A stretch of 64,000 nt of DNA, taken from sequence record MH243438.1. The stretch is one strand, 5' to 3'. The DNA is from Escherichia phage vB_EcoM_NBG1. The notes below the pieces were generated by a model that was given only the letters and a program-made list of their open reading frames with translations, did not search any database and had not been told where the DNA came from. Shown here piece after piece: positions 21,804 to 33,212 of the stretch (its first letter is position 1; each line of letters opens with the position of its first letter). The position numbers were made by a program, and so were the translations under genes.

Positions 21804-22429
21804 TATAGTAACTCAAAGAATTCTTTGAGGCCTCGTATTGTGTGAACGTGTGACGCCCCACATTTGGGACATTTAATAGGGGTTGCCAGATAAATCGATG
21901 GCGATACCAAAAGATTTTTAATATTGATCATGTCATCTTCTGTTATAAGGCCGTAAAGGTCGTTTATTTCTGCTTCAGTTAAATCTTCAACAGGGATGGA
22001 CTCTCCATTGACAAAAACGGCCTCAATACATGAAGCAATCATTAATGCGATATTTTTATCGTCAAATAATTTAGGTTGACGGAACTTAATTTTAATACCA
22101 CTAAACGAATACCAGGGATCGGCCTGTTCATCTAATTGAGTGTGCAATAAATTCATATAGACTTGAAATGAATGCCCACAGGAACAATTCCAGGTGTGTT
22201 CTTGATTCACTTCACCTAATGAATGGGCCCACAGATTTACCAACAATAACTCGGCTTCTTGTTTAGTCAAGTTTTTAGCATTAGAGCAATTAGTGATAAT
22301 ATTGTTCACTGCTGATTCAATAGTACCGGTAGCCCGCGCACCTATGAGTCCTAAATATTCTTTTAAAGTAAAGGCTCTACAATTCACTTCTTTATCGCCT
22401 AAACGTACTGTAAACGTATATTTGTACAT
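21803..22429 (-). CDS. 26: baseplate hub protein gp26
   Basis: 208 aa (same as T4 gp26); TAATG-coupled to gene 25. Confidence 0.8.
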   Translation of the reverse strand: MYKYTFTVRLGDKEVNCRAFTLKEYLGLIGARATGTIESAVNNIITNCSNAKNLTKQEAELLLVNLWAHSLGEVNQEHTWNCSCGHSFQVYMNLLHTQLDEQADPWYSFSGIKIKFRQPKLFDDKNIALMIASCIEAVFVNGESIPVEDLTEAEINDLYGLITEDDMINIKNLLVSPSIYLATPIKCPKCGASHVHTIRGLKEFFELL

Positions 22430-22447
22430 GTTAACTCCTTTATTGTG

Positions 22448-22459
22448 TATTTATAAATA
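22448..22459. promoter_or_regulatory. divergent late promoter pair TATTTATAAATA (minus TATAAATA 22448-22455 for gene 26; plus TATAAATA 22452-22459 for gene 51)
   Basis: Two overlapping exact late-promoter octamers in opposite orientation between divergent genes 26 and 51. Confidence 0.55.
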
Positions 22460-22476
22460 ATAGAAAAGGAGTAATT

Positions 22477-23229
22477 ATGGCTAATATAATTCGTTGTAAA
22501 TTACCGGATGGTGTTCATCGTTTTAAGCCGTTCACCGTAGCGGATTATAGAGACTTTTTACTAGTTAGAAATGATATCGAACATCGTTCGCCACAAGAAC
22601 AAAAAGAAATAATTGCCGATCTGATTGATGATTATTTTGGCGAGTACCCTAAAACATGGCAACCATTTATATTCCTGCAAGTTTTTGCAGGCTCTATAGG
22701 TAAAACAAAAGTTCCCGTTATTTTCACTTGCCCTAAATGCTCTAAAGAAAAAACTGCACCATTTGAGATATATCAAAAAGAACTAGTCGAACCTGAACTT
22801 GATGTTGCTGGTATAAAAATACGTTTTTCTTTCCCTGAAAAGTTTTATGACAATAAAGCATTAATGATAAGTGAAAACATAAAAGAAATATATTATAATG
22901 ATGAATGGTACCCATGGAATGATTTGACTGAAGAGAACCAAATCCAAGTAATAGAAGCAATAGACATTGACTCGCTCGAGAAGGTTATTGCTTCTATGAA
23001 TCCTATTAATTTGACCCTTAGATTAGGTTGTTGTGAACGACATGTTAAAACATATACTGATATCTTAGAGGTTTTTAAATTGTTAGTTAACCCTGATGAG
23101 ATTTTTACATTCTATCAGATAAACCATTCACTGGTAAAGAGTCAATACACATTGGATTCTATTATGCAAATGATTCCTGTTGAACGTGGTATTGCTTTAA
23201 CATTAGTAGAAAAGGACCATAAAAAATGA
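22477..23229 (+). CDS. 51: baseplate hub assembly catalyst gp51
   Basis: 250 aa; position and size as in T4. Confidence 0.8.
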   Translation: MANIIRCKLPDGVHRFKPFTVADYRDFLLVRNDIEHRSPQEQKEIIADLIDDYFGEYPKTWQPFIFLQVFAGSIGKTKVPVIFTCPKCSKEKTAPFEIYQKELVEPELDVAGIKIRFSFPEKFYDNKALMISENIKEIYYNDEWYPWNDLTEENQIQVIEAIDIDSLEKVIASMNPINLTLRLGCCERHVKTYTDILEVFKLLVNPDEIFTFYQINHSLVKSQYTLDSIMQMIPVERGIALTLVEKDHKK

Positions 23230-24398
23230 AAGTATTCCAACGTCCAGGATATCCTAACTTAAGCGTTAAATTATACCAAGATTATTCGGCTTGGCAAGAA
23301 AATAGATACGTTGAACTCGCGGCAACAATAACAACTTTAACCATGCGAGATTCGCTATATGGAAGAAATGAAGGGATTCTTCAATTTTATGACACTAAAA
23401 ACATCCACACTAAAATGGACGGTAGACAGATAGTTCAAATCTCTGTTTCAAATTCAAACACACCTCTCCAAGTTAGAACTCGAATTTATGGATGTAGACA
23501 TTATTCTGTGTCTGTGGACTCAAAAGGTGACAATATTATTGCAATTGAGCTTGGAACAATACATTCTATAGAGAACCTTAAATTTGGGCGACCATTCTTC
23601 CCGGACGCAGGCGAATCTATACGTGAAATGTTAGGTGTCATATACAAAGACCGTGCGTTAATTACTCCGCCAATAAACACTATTAATGCTTATGTTCCTG
23701 ATATCCCTTGGACAAGCACATTTGATGATTATTTGGCATATGTCAGAGAATTAGGACTTGCTACAGCGAGTGATAAGTTCGTATTCGTATGGCAAGATAT
23801 TTTAGGCGTAAACATGATTGACTACGATACTCTTATTGGTCAGGAAGGCATTAAGATGATTGTAGGTGAGCCAAATACTGTAGGTCAGTATATTCAAGAG
23901 CTTGAGTATCCATTAGTATGGGATTTCACCTGGATGACTAAAGCTAACCAATTTACACGAGACCCTATTAAAAACGCTACGATATTCGCTCATTCATTTT
24001 TAGATACATCTATTCCGGTTATTGTTACAGGCGATGGTGATAATGCTATTCTTGTGTCAAGATCCGGTGGATATTCCGAAATGACCTATCGTAATGGATT
24101 TGAAGAAGCAAGTCGTCTTCAGACAATGGCTCAATATGACGGATATGCTAAATGCACTACTACAGGTAATTTTAACATAACGCCTGCTACTAAAATTATA
24201 TTTGTTGACCAAAAGAACCAATTCAAATCCGAATTTTACGTGGATGAAGTTATTCACGAGTTATCAAATAACAACTCACAAACTCATCTGTACATGTTTA
24301 CCAACTCAATGGTGTTAGAACCTGTTAACCCAGTTAAGGTTAAAAATGAACTTAAATCTGATTCTACCTCTAAAGAAAATAATTCTACCACAGTCTAA
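23226..24398 (+). CDS. 27: baseplate hub protein gp27
   Basis: 390 aa; ATGA overlap with gene 51. Confidence 0.85.
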   Translation: MKVFQRPGYPNLSVKLYQDYSAWQENRYVELAATITTLTMRDSLYGRNEGILQFYDTKNIHTKMDGRQIVQISVSNSNTPLQVRTRIYGCRHYSVSVDSKGDNIIAIELGTIHSIENLKFGRPFFPDAGESIREMLGVIYKDRALITPPINTINAYVPDIPWTSTFDDYLAYVRELGLATASDKFVFVWQDILGVNMIDYDTLIGQEGIKMIVGEPNTVGQYIQELEYPLVWDFTWMTKANQFTRDPIKNATIFAHSFLDTSIPVIVTGDGDNAILVSRSGGYSEMTYRNGFEEASRLQTMAQYDGYAKCTTTGNFNITPATKIIFVDQKNQFKSEFYVDEVIHELSNNNSQTHLYMFTNSMVLEPVNPVKVKNELKSDSTSKENNSTTV

Positions 24399-24879
24399 TA
24401 AAAAGGTAATGATTCCTAAATTAGGGCTTAAACATTATAATCTTTTAAAGGACGTTAAAGGTCCTGATGAAAACATGAAAATCTTAGCTGATTCTATTTG
24501 TAAAAATATGAGTCCCGCAGATTTTGATTTTGCATGTCTACATATATTGGAATTTAATAACAAACTTAAGTCTGAAGTTGAAAAAGACGGATTCACATAT
24601 AAACTAGATGACGTCTATGTATGCCAACGAACAGAATTCCAATTCCAAGGCAATACTTTTTATTTTAGACCTCCAGGCAAATTTGAACAATTCGCTACAA
24701 TCAGTGAAATGCTATCAAATTGCTTAATAAAAGTTAATGACGAAGAGAAAGAAATTTCTTTCCTTGAGATGCCTGCTTTTGTAATCAAATGGGCAGAAGA
24801 CCTTTCGACAACTATTGCTATTCCAGGCCCTAATGGTCCTATTAAGGGTATAGCAGAAATTATTGGATTGCTTGAATGA
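24346..24879 (+). CDS. 28: baseplate hub distal subunit gp28
   Basis: 177 aa; N-terminus [11 protein letters not shown] as in T4 gp28; starts within the 3' end of gene 27. Confidence 0.8.
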   Translation: MNLNLILPLKKIILPQSNKKVMIPKLGLKHYNLLKDVKGPDENMKILADSICKNMSPADFDFACLHILEFNNKLKSEVEKDGFTYKLDDVYVCQRTEFQFQGNTFYFRPPGKFEQFATISEMLSNCLIKVNDEEKEISFLEMPAFVIKWAEDLSTTIAIPGPNGPIKGIAEIIGLLE

Positions 24880-26648
24880 AACCTGAAGAAATGAAATCCA
24901 TGCGTAGAAATAAGGTCATTGCCGATAATAAACCACAAAAAGTAGCTGCAACAGCAGCTACCGATTCATTAGAAGCATTGAATGACATTTCATCAAAACT
25001 AGACGATGTCCAAGCCGCGTCTGAACTCACATCACAAAGTGTAGAAGATAAAGGCAATGGAATTATTGAATCAATTGGAGACTTAAAGAATTCGACAGAT
25101 AATACTGCTGAAGGCACAGAGCTTATCGCAGAAGTTATTGAAAAACAAACTGAAGTCACTAAAAGTATAAACGAAGTTTCTAGTGCAATAAGCTCTAAGT
25201 TAGACCGATTAGCTACATTATTAGAGCAAAAATTACAAACATCTACCGCTATTCAAAATACAGGAGGCACCTCTCTTGAAGTAATTGAGAACGCAATACC
25301 TGTTAAAGTGGTTGAGAATGAAACTTCTGATGAGTTGTTTAAAGCATTCCCTACACCTGAAAAGATTGATAATAAGCCAGACGAAGATTTCTTTCCAGTC
25401 CCGGTTCAAGAAAGTGCTAATTCTACTTCCGATTCTAAAGGCGGAATTAGCTTTAAATTGAGCGATAAAATTGCAATGCTCACCAAAACAGTTCAAACCG
25501 GGTTTAATAAATCAATATCCATTTCAGACAGAATTGCTGGAATGCTTTTCAAATACACTATAACGGCTGCTATTGAAGCAGCAAAAATGGCCGCACTTAT
25601 TCTTGGTATTGTTATCGGTATTGATTTATTGATAGTCCATTTCAAATATTGGACAGACAAGTTCACTTCTGCCTGGGATTTATTTGATGAAAACTTTACT
25701 AAATTCTCCGACGAAGCTAAAGAGTGGGGTAAATTCTTAAGTGATATATTCACTTCTATTGACTCGATAAAACAATTGTGGGAAGCTGGAGACTGGGGTG
25801 GTTTAACCGTTGCTATTGTCAAAGGTGTAGGAACAGCATTAATGAACTTAGGTGAACTAATTCAATTAGGAATGGCTAAACTCTCCGCGTCTATATTGCG
25901 TGCTATAGGTTTTGGTGATACCGCAGACGAAATAGAAGGACGTGCTTTAGAAGGATTCCAAGAAACTACTGGGAACAAATTAAAGAAAGAAGACCAAGAG
26001 AAAGTCGCTAAATATCAAATGAAACGTGACGATGGGGAATTAGGAACCGTTTCTAAAGGTCTTGATATGTTACAACGCGGCAAAACATTCGTTACTAACT
26101 GGGTTCGTGGTAATGACAATAAAGAAGAGTTTAGTACAAGTGATGAGCGCGCTGCGGAATCAGCAAAATTAAAAGAGTTACCTGAAGAGGAACGTAAAGA
26201 GGCGTACATAAAAGCGAATGAAACTCGTGCTGCACTGGTTAGATTTGAGGATTATATCGATAAAATCGATATGACTAATCCAGAAAATGCTAAAAACGTC
26301 GAGAAGTCTTATGCTGATTTAAGTAAACTTATTAAAGACCCTGAACTTAATAAAACTCCTGTTGTTAAAAAGGAAATAGATGCTAGATTTGAAAAGCTAA
26401 ATAATAAAATGGCTGAAGCCAAAAAGGCTCAGACTACAGTTAAGCCTGAATCTTCGTCTAAATCTCCGGAAGCAAAACAAGTTCAGTCAATAGAGAAAGG
26501 ACGTGCTTCTGAATCTAAACAACAGCAACCGGTAGCGGCGATTAGTAACACAAATAATGTCGTCAAAAAGAATACCGTAGTCCAGAATATGACCCCTGTA
26601 ACAAGTACAACGGCTCCTGGAATTTTCCATGCCACCGGTGTTAATTAA
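24876..26648 (+). CDS. 29: baseplate hub / tail-length determinator gp29
   Basis: 590 aa (same as T4 gp29); ATGA overlap with gene 28. Confidence 0.85.
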   Translation: MKPEEMKSMRRNKVIADNKPQKVAATAATDSLEALNDISSKLDDVQAASELTSQSVEDKGNGIIESIGDLKNSTDNTAEGTELIAEVIEKQTEVTKSINEVSSAISSKLDRLATLLEQKLQTSTAIQNTGGTSLEVIENAIPVKVVENETSDELFKAFPTPEKIDNKPDEDFFPVPVQESANSTSDSKGGISFKLSDKIAMLTKTVQTGFNKSISISDRIAGMLFKYTITAAIEAAKMAALILGIVIGIDLLIVHFKYWTDKFTSAWDLFDENFTKFSDEAKEWGKFLSDIFTSIDSIKQLWEAGDWGGLTVAIVKGVGTALMNLGELIQLGMAKLSASILRAIGFGDTADEIEGRALEGFQETTGNKLKKEDQEKVAKYQMKRDDGELGTVSKGLDMLQRGKTFVTNWVRGNDNKEEFSTSDERAAESAKLKELPEEERKEAYIKANETRAALVRFEDYIDKIDMTNPENAKNVEKSYADLSKLIKDPELNKTPVVKKEIDARFEKLNNKMAEAKKAQTTVKPESSSKSPEAKQVQSIEKGRASESKQQQPVAAISNTNNVVKKNTVVQNMTPVTSTTAPGIFHATGVN

Positions 26649-26656
26649 GGATTATT

Positions 26657-27766
26657 ATGATTAGTGTAAAAGAAATAGTAGTAGATGCAAAGGATTTAAA
26701 TAAAGCAATCCCAGTCTCAGAAAGTGCTGGGCAAAGCACTAAAACCGAAACAACTACTAAAACTTATGTTGCTCAATTTCCTACAGGAAGAGCAGCCGGA
26801 AATGACTCCACAGGAGACTTCCAGGTAACAGACCTTTATAAGAATGGATTATTATTTACCGCGTACAATATGTCTGCACGCGATTCAGGATCCCTCAGGA
26901 ATTTACGTCCGGCATATGCCGGTACTTCATCTAATGGTATCATATCAGATTTAACTGATAATGTGAAAGATGCAGTGACTAAATTCTCTAATGGATTGCT
27001 TCCTGCCGGGGCTAATAAATCTACTATAAATAAAACTCCTGTTGCTAATATACTTTTGCCACGTTCCAAATCTGACGTCGATACAACTTCACATCGTTTT
27101 AATGATATCGGTGATAGCCTTATTACTAAAGGTGGAGGTACTGCTACGGGTGTTTTAAGTAACATTGCTTCTACTGCAGTCTTTGGTGCATTAGATTCTA
27201 TTACTCAAGGGCTTATGGCTGATAATAACGAACAGATTTATACGACTTCTCGTAGTATGTACGGTGGTGCTGAGAACCGTACCAAAGTCTTTACATGGGA
27301 TTTAACTCCACGTTCAACTGAAGACCTTATGGCTATTATAAACATTTACCAGTATTTTAACTATTTCTCTTATGGTGAGACTGGTAAATCACAGTATGCC
27401 CAAGAGATTAAAAGTTATTTAGACGAATGGTACCGTTCAACGTTTATTGAGCCTATGACGCCGGATGATGCAGTAAAAAATAAGACATTGTTTGAAAAGA
27501 TTACTGCGTCATTAACAAATGTATTAGTTGTAAGCAACCCTACAATTTGGATGGTTAAAAACTTTGGTTATACGTCTAAATTTGATGGATTAACTGACGT
27601 ATTTGGTCCATGCCAAATACAAAGCGTACGTTTTGATAAAACTCCAAATGGACAATTTAATGGTCTTGCTGTTGCTCCTAACTTACCATCAACATTTACG
27701 TTAGAGATAACAATGCGAGAAATTATTACATTAAACCGTTCTTCACTTTATGCGGGGACTTTCTAA
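26657..27766 (+). CDS. 48: baseplate tail-tube cap gp48
   Basis: 369 aa; synteny 29-48-54. Confidence 0.85.
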   Translation: MISVKEIVVDAKDLNKAIPVSESAGQSTKTETTTKTYVAQFPTGRAAGNDSTGDFQVTDLYKNGLLFTAYNMSARDSGSLRNLRPAYAGTSSNGIISDLTDNVKDAVTKFSNGLLPAGANKSTINKTPVANILLPRSKSDVDTTSHRFNDIGDSLITKGGGTATGVLSNIASTAVFGALDSITQGLMADNNEQIYTTSRSMYGGAENRTKVFTWDLTPRSTEDLMAIINIYQYFNYFSYGETGKSQYAQEIKSYLDEWYRSTFIEPMTPDDAVKNKTLFEKITASLTNVLVVSNPTIWMVKNFGYTSKFDGLTDVFGPCQIQSVRFDKTPNGQFNGLAVAPNLPSTFTLEITMREIITLNRSSLYAGTF

Positions 27767-28728
27767 TGTACTCTTTAGAAGAATTTAATAACCAAGCTAT
27801 AAATGCAGATTTCCAACGAAACAATATGTTTAGTTGTGTATTTGCTACTACACCATCAACCAAATCGTCTTCACTAATTTCGTCAATTGGTAGTTTTGCT
27901 TATAATAACTTAGGGTTGGATTCAGATTGGCTAGGATTGTCTCAAGGTGATATCAATCAGGGCGTAACAACCCTGATTACAGCAGGAACACAGAAATTAA
28001 TTCGAAAATCAGGTATAAGTAAATATCTGATTGGAGCAATGAGTCAACGTACGGTACAAAGCTTGTTAGGTGAGTTCACAGTAGGAGCTTATCTGATAGA
28101 CTTCTTCAATATGGCATATAATAATACAGGTTTAATGATTTATTCTGTAAAAATGCCTGAGAACCGATTATCTTATGAAACGGATTTCAACTATAACTCC
28201 CCGAACATCCGAATTACCGGCCGAGAAATGGACCCATTAGTAATAAGCTTTAGAATGGATTCCGAAGCATCTAACTTTAGAGCAATGCAAGACTGGGTAA
28301 ACTCAGTCCAAGACCCTGTAACAGGTCTTCGTGCTTTACCACAAGACGTCGAAGCAGATATTCAGGTTAATTTACACGCACGAAATGGTTTACCACATAC
28401 CGCTGTCATGTTCACAGGATGTATTCCTGTTAGTGTCTCTTCTCCTGAGTTAACGTATGATGGTGATAATCAGATAACAGTTTTTGATGTAACATTTGCT
28501 TATCGCGTTATGCAATCAGGTGCTGTAAATAGGCAGGCTGCTTTAGAATGGCTGGAATCAGGACTTATTAGTAGTGTTTCAGGAATGTTTGGAAATAATC
28601 AGAATGATTCTGGGCTAGGAAGTGCAGTATCAAGACTTTCTAGATTAGGTGGGACTGCTGGAGGTGTGTCTAATATAAACACATTGACAGGTGTGGTGAA
28701 TTCTGCGTCAAGAGTTTTAGGACTATAA
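27766..28728 (+). CDS. 54: baseplate tail-tube initiator gp54
   Basis: 320 aa (same as T4 gp54); start overlaps gene 48 stop. Confidence 0.85.
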   Translation: MYSLEEFNNQAINADFQRNNMFSCVFATTPSTKSSSLISSIGSFAYNNLGLDSDWLGLSQGDINQGVTTLITAGTQKLIRKSGISKYLIGAMSQRTVQSLLGEFTVGAYLIDFFNMAYNNTGLMIYSVKMPENRLSYETDFNYNSPNIRITGREMDPLVISFRMDSEASNFRAMQDWVNSVQDPVTGLRALPQDVEADIQVNLHARNGLPHTAVMFTGCIPVSVSSPELTYDGDNQITVFDVTFAYRVMQSGAVNRQAALEWLESGLISSVSGMFGNNQNDSGLGSAVSRLSRLGGTAGGVSNINTLTGVVNSASRVLGL

Positions 28729-28729
28729 G

Positions 28730-28754
28730 AAAAAGGGAGACGTTGTCTCCCTTT
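28730..28754. terminator. bidirectional terminator (GGGAGAC-GUU-GUCUCCC flanked by A- and T-tracts)
   Basis: Between convergent gene 54 and a leftward small gene. Confidence 0.7.
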
Positions 28755-28760
28755 AGGGGT

Positions 28761-29054
28761 TTATTTACGGAATGAAAGGAATGCTGGTGCTCGGAATGGA
28801 GTATCATCTTTAGAGTATTTAACTAATACGACCATTGGTACCTCTGTTTCTAAATGACCTGTCACTACACCGATAAAAATTTGATCAGTGTGCTCAGGGT
28901 CACGAAAGTTTTTAAGAGGTTCCATAGCAATATGGAATGCACCTGGGAATACTCGATTCAATTCGTCAATCACAGCTTCGTTAAAAACATCATCCGCTGG
29001 GATAGCATCTTCAACTACTAGTTCTTGACCATTAAAGCGAAGCATAGATTTCAT
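28761..29054 (-). CDS. hypothetical early protein (97 aa) downstream of alt
   Basis: Track start is GTG at 29093 inside the promoter; ATG at 29054 with GAGGAAAA RBS preferred. Confidence 0.5.
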   Translation of the reverse strand: MKSMLRFNGQELVVEDAIPADDVFNEAVIDELNRVFPGAFHIAMEPLKNFRDPEHTDQIFIGVVTGHLETEVPMVVLVKYSKDDTPFRAPAFLSFRK

Positions 29055-29080
29055 AACGTTTTCCTCATGTTGTTGATGGG

Positions 29081-29113
29081 ATGATAGTATCACACATCCA
29101 TGTGTTTGTAAAC
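29081..29113 (-). promoter_or_regulatory. early promoter (GTTTAC, 17 nt, TGTGTGATACTAT)
   Basis: Read on minus strand; the -35 overlaps the alt stop codon. Confidence 0.6.
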
Positions 29114-31200
29114 TATCCTTGGATAAATTTAAACGGAACTGATTCTAAATCCATTAAAGATGCTAACAATTTCAAACCTTTAGGTGCACTAGTTTTTTCT
29201 ACAAATGAGGCAAAAGATACCGGCTCATCTGATTCGATTTCACCCGTCATAGCAACTACCTCGCCTGTTTCCATGAGAACATCACCATCGTAAATGACAG
29301 CTTCGTCCAACTGGTCCGAGGACATGACTTCAGCTTGAATAAATTTAAGGTTGGATTCTAAACCTGCACCAGTGTCAGATGACGCATCTGTAATTTTATT
29401 TATCTGCAAGAGAATGCCTCTAGGCAAAATAATTTCTTGCTCATTAGGGTGATTACTCAACTGTCCCGGATAAATCACGTTAACTTTATGGGCGCCATCA
29501 ATAGCCCATCCAACGTTAACACGGATTTGTTCTGGTGCATGCATAGCTGTTCTTACTTGACTAGGAGAAATAGTAACACCTTCGTCGTTATTGTCAATGT
29601 TAAGCTCTTTGCGAACTTCTTCAGGAGCAAGTCCAAGGGCAACGTTCTCTTTAAACCCACCGAAAATAATAGGAGCTAGTGAAGTGGAAACATAGTTTCT
29701 GAAATAGAATACCTTATTTTTAACCATTGCTTCGTAAATAGGCATTCTGATAGACTGAGCTCTATATAACGTTAGTCCTTCAGGTAAACGGTCTCCATTT
29801 AAAAACGCCGAATCAAGACCATCAATAGCGCGTTTAACTTCATCTTCATCCGCAACATCGTAAAAATCTGGTTTATAACGACCTAACAACATATTATTGA
29901 TATCTGTATATGCAGAAGAGGCATATTCACGAATAGCTCGTTTTTCAGAAACAGAGTATTGTTTAGGGTCCCGATTCATTGTTATATTAAAGGTGCCTCT
30001 AGCCGATTCTCGGGCATAAGTATACATCACATTAGACAAGAACGCTGATTTACGTTGTTTCCAAGTTCTTTCAGATACTTCAGCTAAAACGTCGTCAGGC
30101 AGTTGGAAATTATCACGTCTAAAATCTTCAAACCATTCGTCTTTAATAGAGTCTGCAATTTCATTTGCAGCTTCAACAAAAGCAGCTAATGCTTTAACAG
30201 ATGTTGTTTTTTCGGTTTTAATTTTCTTAGCAAACTTTTCTAAAGTCGGCTTAATAACACCACCATAAGAAACTTCATCAGCAAATTTAAAGGATTCATC
30301 AATACGATTATAAATCTTATTTTCGATATCAGCAACTAAAGTGCCTTTTGCTGTGGATGATGCTTGGGCTAGTACGATTTCATATGCTTCAGGAAGTAAT
30401 TCGGCTGTAGCCGGGCCACTAACTTCTTTAGCAGAATTTTCGTATTTCTGGAATAACTCACCTTCTTGGCGGTCAGCTTCTAAAGATTGACTTGCTGCAA
30501 TAGCACGACGAGAAATTTTAGTACGAGCAATAACAGGCTTATCTTTACGTTTTTCTTCTACAGCAGCAATAGAACCAGCGATAGCCGTTTCTTTGGTGAC
30601 CTTTTCGCCAGTCTTTTTACTCACATAAACTTCGCCAACATCAGAATCTACTTTCGTGTACAACTCTGTGTTAATGTTAGGGATGCCTTTAATATCTTCA
30701 ATGTTGGCATTTTTACGAACCATCATCACATAGGTGTGTTTACCTGTGAATTGATACATTGCCGACAATACTTTAAAACGACCACCGGTTTTAGTAGAAA
30801 CTAAACGAGCAAGAAGAGTTTGAAGCTGTTGTCCACGTCCTTTCAATTTCTTGGTAGGGAATCGGAACAGAACTGCATCCATACGAAGAGCTTTAACTTG
30901 TTCATATACTGTATTGAAAATGGTGTTGATTGCATCAATAGGAGCAGGACCAAGGCCATTTTTCAATTCAGCGAGATTACCCTTTTCAGACAGACTCATA
31001 ATAACAACATGAGCGTATTTGTCGCCGAGTTTAACTTGTTTTACAGCATCGCCTTCGGAAAGGTAAGAGAATAAACGAACTACAATATTTGTATCGATAT
31101 CACCAATTTTCCAGACTTGTGGAACTTTAGCTTTAGGGTTCAAATTGACGACAGGAAGACTGCCTTCAGATTCAAACACTTCATTTAATTGTTCAGACAT
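29113..31200 (-). CDS. alt: Alt ADP-ribosyltransferase (packaged, modifies host RNA polymerase)
   Basis: 695 aa; C-terminal region carries YRAQS and FVSTSL (R-S-E-type ART motifs); position between 54 and 30. Confidence 0.85.
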   Translation of the reverse strand: MSEQLNEVFESEGSLPVVNLNPKAKVPQVWKIGDIDTNIVVRLFSYLSEGDAVKQVKLGDKYAHVVIMSLSEKGNLAELKNGLGPAPIDAINTIFNTVYEQVKALRMDAVLFRFPTKKLKGRGQQLQTLLARLVSTKTGGRFKVLSAMYQFTGKHTYVMMVRKNANIEDIKGIPNINTELYTKVDSDVGEVYVSKKTGEKVTKETAIAGSIAAVEEKRKDKPVIARTKISRRAIAASQSLEADRQEGELFQKYENSAKEVSGPATAELLPEAYEIVLAQASSTAKGTLVADIENKIYNRIDESFKFADEVSYGGVIKPTLEKFAKKIKTEKTTSVKALAAFVEAANEIADSIKDEWFEDFRRDNFQLPDDVLAEVSERTWKQRKSAFLSNVMYTYARESARGTFNITMNRDPKQYSVSEKRAIREYASSAYTDINNMLLGRYKPDFYDVADEDEVKRAIDGLDSAFLNGDRLPEGLTLYRAQSIRMPIYEAMVKNKVFYFRNYVSTSLAPIIFGGFKENVALGLAPEEVRKELNIDNNDEGVTISPSQVRTAMHAPEQIRVNVGWAIDGAHKVNVIYPGQLSNHPNEQEIILPRGILLQINKITDASSDTGAGLESNLKFIQAEVMSSDQLDEAVIYDGDVLMETGEVVAMTGEIESDEPVSFASFVEKTSAPKGLKLLASLMDLESVPFKFIQG

Positions 31201-31235
31201 AGTGTTTTCCTTTTAGTAATAATTTATATTTATGC

Positions 31236-31256
31236 CAAAAAGAGCCCGAAGGCTCT
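31236..31256 (-). terminator. terminator (AGAGCC-UUCG-GGCUCU plus UUUUG) upstream of alt
   Basis: Hairpin overlaps the last nt of the upstream ORF stop; a near-consensus late promoter (TATAAATT, 31221-31228) lies between it and the alt ATG. Confidence 0.55.
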
Positions 31257-31444
31257 TAATCCACAATCGGAAGCAAAGTACGATAAACTTCAAAATTAGA
31301 GCCTTTTTCGTACTTATCGAAATTGTCCATAAAAATATGATAGGAATCGTTATTAGGAAAATCTAATATAATCTGAGAGCAAGAGGTGGAAACATCTCCA
31401 CCATCCTTCTTAGCTACAATAACTGTTTCTAAATAAGCTTTCAT
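31256..31444 (-). CDS. hypothetical small protein (62 aa) between gene 30 and alt
   Basis: ATG at 31444 in TAATGA overlap with gene 30 stop; track start is an upstream GTG. Confidence 0.4.
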   Translation of the reverse strand: MKAYLETVIVAKKDGGDVSTSCSQIILDFPNNDSYHIFMDNFDKYEKGSNFEVYRTLLPIVD

Positions 31445-32937
31445 TATAAACCTGTCTGGGACCACGGTCCAAATACGTCTTCAAACGAATCCGCTTCTGT
31501 TTTATCAAAACGGAACCCTTTAATAATTGGAAGGAAAATACCTACAGTACCTTCACGGCCTTTAGAATGAACCCAACCATTACATTCACAATCAGCGATA
31601 CGTCCAATTAATTTACCTTCACGAGCTTCGGTCATTAATCGTTCACGGTCTAAATCATGACGCTCGTCTAAAGGAATAAGAACCTTTACACCGTCAACTG
31701 TTTTATGAGTTGTATCTTTAAAACCTGACCCACAATCGGTTGTAATACGACGACAACGTGATACGAGTTCGACACCACCTAATTTGTTAGGGTCTTTAGA
31801 GTGTTCATAGTATCCTACAACTTCTAAAGCGATATCAATAACTTCTTTAAATTTAATTAGGTTCTTAGAGCGTTTGTTTTCCCAATATGAATCACGGTTT
31901 TTAAGAATAATACCTTCAAGACCTTGGTCAACATATTTTTTATAAACCACTTTAGCTTCGTCAAGATTACGAACTAACTGATTTTCAATTGGCTCAATTC
32001 GCTTAAAGCCTTCAGCCATATTTTCAAGAGCAGCAAAACGAACATCGTATTTCTGACCTTTAATTTTGCCATCAGAATAGACTTCATCTAAAGGAACATA
32101 GTCCCAGGCTTGAAGAACCATACCTTCAGCTTCTTTAGGAGAAATAGTCCCTTGAAGAGATTTATTTGCTAAACCGTTTGAAGTGCTACGGTCCGCAACT
32201 TGTACTTCTTCGGATTCTTCATTATCACCAAATAAGAACGACAGGTCATTTCCTGAGCTCACAGCCTTTTTAATATCAAATGAATGGTAAACTAATTCAC
32301 CGTCGATTAAAACCCCATTAGGGTGTCTTTCACGAGCTTCTTTAGTCATTTCCATTAGTTCATCCGCTAATAGAGTAAGACCATGATATTCGTTGCCGGC
32401 ACGAGAAAAGAATTGAACACCATCATCGCGAACTTCAGCGAAACAACGAGCACCATCGGCTTTTAATTGAGCAAATGCAGGCCATTTAATATTTTTAGTA
32501 ATCAATTTCTCATCATATGCAGATGCTAACATCTGTGGTTGCAATTGAATAAGTCCAGGCCACACCTTATTCGCGATAGACACTGAAGCACCTACTTCAA
32601 GGTCGCGCATCATTACACGACGAAGGACTTCTACATCATCAGGTTTACCGTCAGCGATATAACCCATGAGCTCTTTAATTGCAGCATTACCAGTGAGTTT
32701 ACGAGTGGCTAATGTGAACTCAATAAAATCCAACATGTCATCTAATTCAAGAAGACCATACGCTTGAGACCTTTCACCTGGTCCTGGCCATTTCTTAATA
32801 TAATACTGGATACCACGTGCATATGTTAAACGATACACACGTTCAAGTAATTTGTTGTCCTTATTTTTCTTAAGGATTTCCTGTTTTGTTTTAGTAGAAC
32901 CGATCGCAGCTATTTGGTTTAAAATATCTAAAATCAT
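31444..32937 (-). CDS. 30: ATP-dependent DNA ligase gp30
   Basis: 497 aa; N-terminus MILDILNQIAAIGSTK; KADGAR adenylation motif. Confidence 0.9.
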   Translation of the reverse strand: MILDILNQIAAIGSTKTKQEILKKNKDNKLLERVYRLTYARGIQYYIKKWPGPGERSQAYGLLELDDMLDFIEFTLATRKLTGNAAIKELMGYIADGKPDDVEVLRRVMMRDLEVGASVSIANKVWPGLIQLQPQMLASAYDEKLITKNIKWPAFAQLKADGARCFAEVRDDGVQFFSRAGNEYHGLTLLADELMEMTKEARERHPNGVLIDGELVYHSFDIKKAVSSGNDLSFLFGDNEESEEVQVADRSTSNGLANKSLQGTISPKEAEGMVLQAWDYVPLDEVYSDGKIKGQKYDVRFAALENMAEGFKRIEPIENQLVRNLDEAKVVYKKYVDQGLEGIILKNRDSYWENKRSKNLIKFKEVIDIALEVVGYYEHSKDPNKLGGVELVSRCRRITTDCGSGFKDTTHKTVDGVKVLIPLDERHDLDRERLMTEAREGKLIGRIADCECNGWVHSKGREGTVGIFLPIIKGFRFDKTEADSFEDVFGPWSQTGL

Positions 32938-33203
32938 TTGATGTCCTCGATTTTGGTTACGGTTCTATTATAAGCCACTTCATCTAGAAGCGATTTCAGC
33001 GTTTTCTGATAAGTTGTAATCCATTTACCGAGTCCTTCAACATAGTATTCTGAAATGTAGATGAACCCTTGTTCAACACACTCTTTAAATATTTCTGTGT
33101 CTTTTACTGAACGAAACAATGGCCAGTCTCGAAAGAACATGTTAACGTGACCGTAGTCACGTGTGGTATTTTTGCCATCTGTAATATCATGAACTACAAA
33201 CAT
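32934..33203 (-). CDS. hypothetical protein (30.1 position)
   Basis: 89 aa; ATGA overlap with gene 30 start. Confidence 0.5.
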   Translation of the reverse strand: MFVVHDITDGKNTTRDYGHVNMFFRDWPLFRSVKDTEIFKECVEQGFIYISEYYVEGLGKWITTYQKTLKSLLDEVAYNRTVTKIEDIK

Positions 33204-33212
33204 AATTAACCC

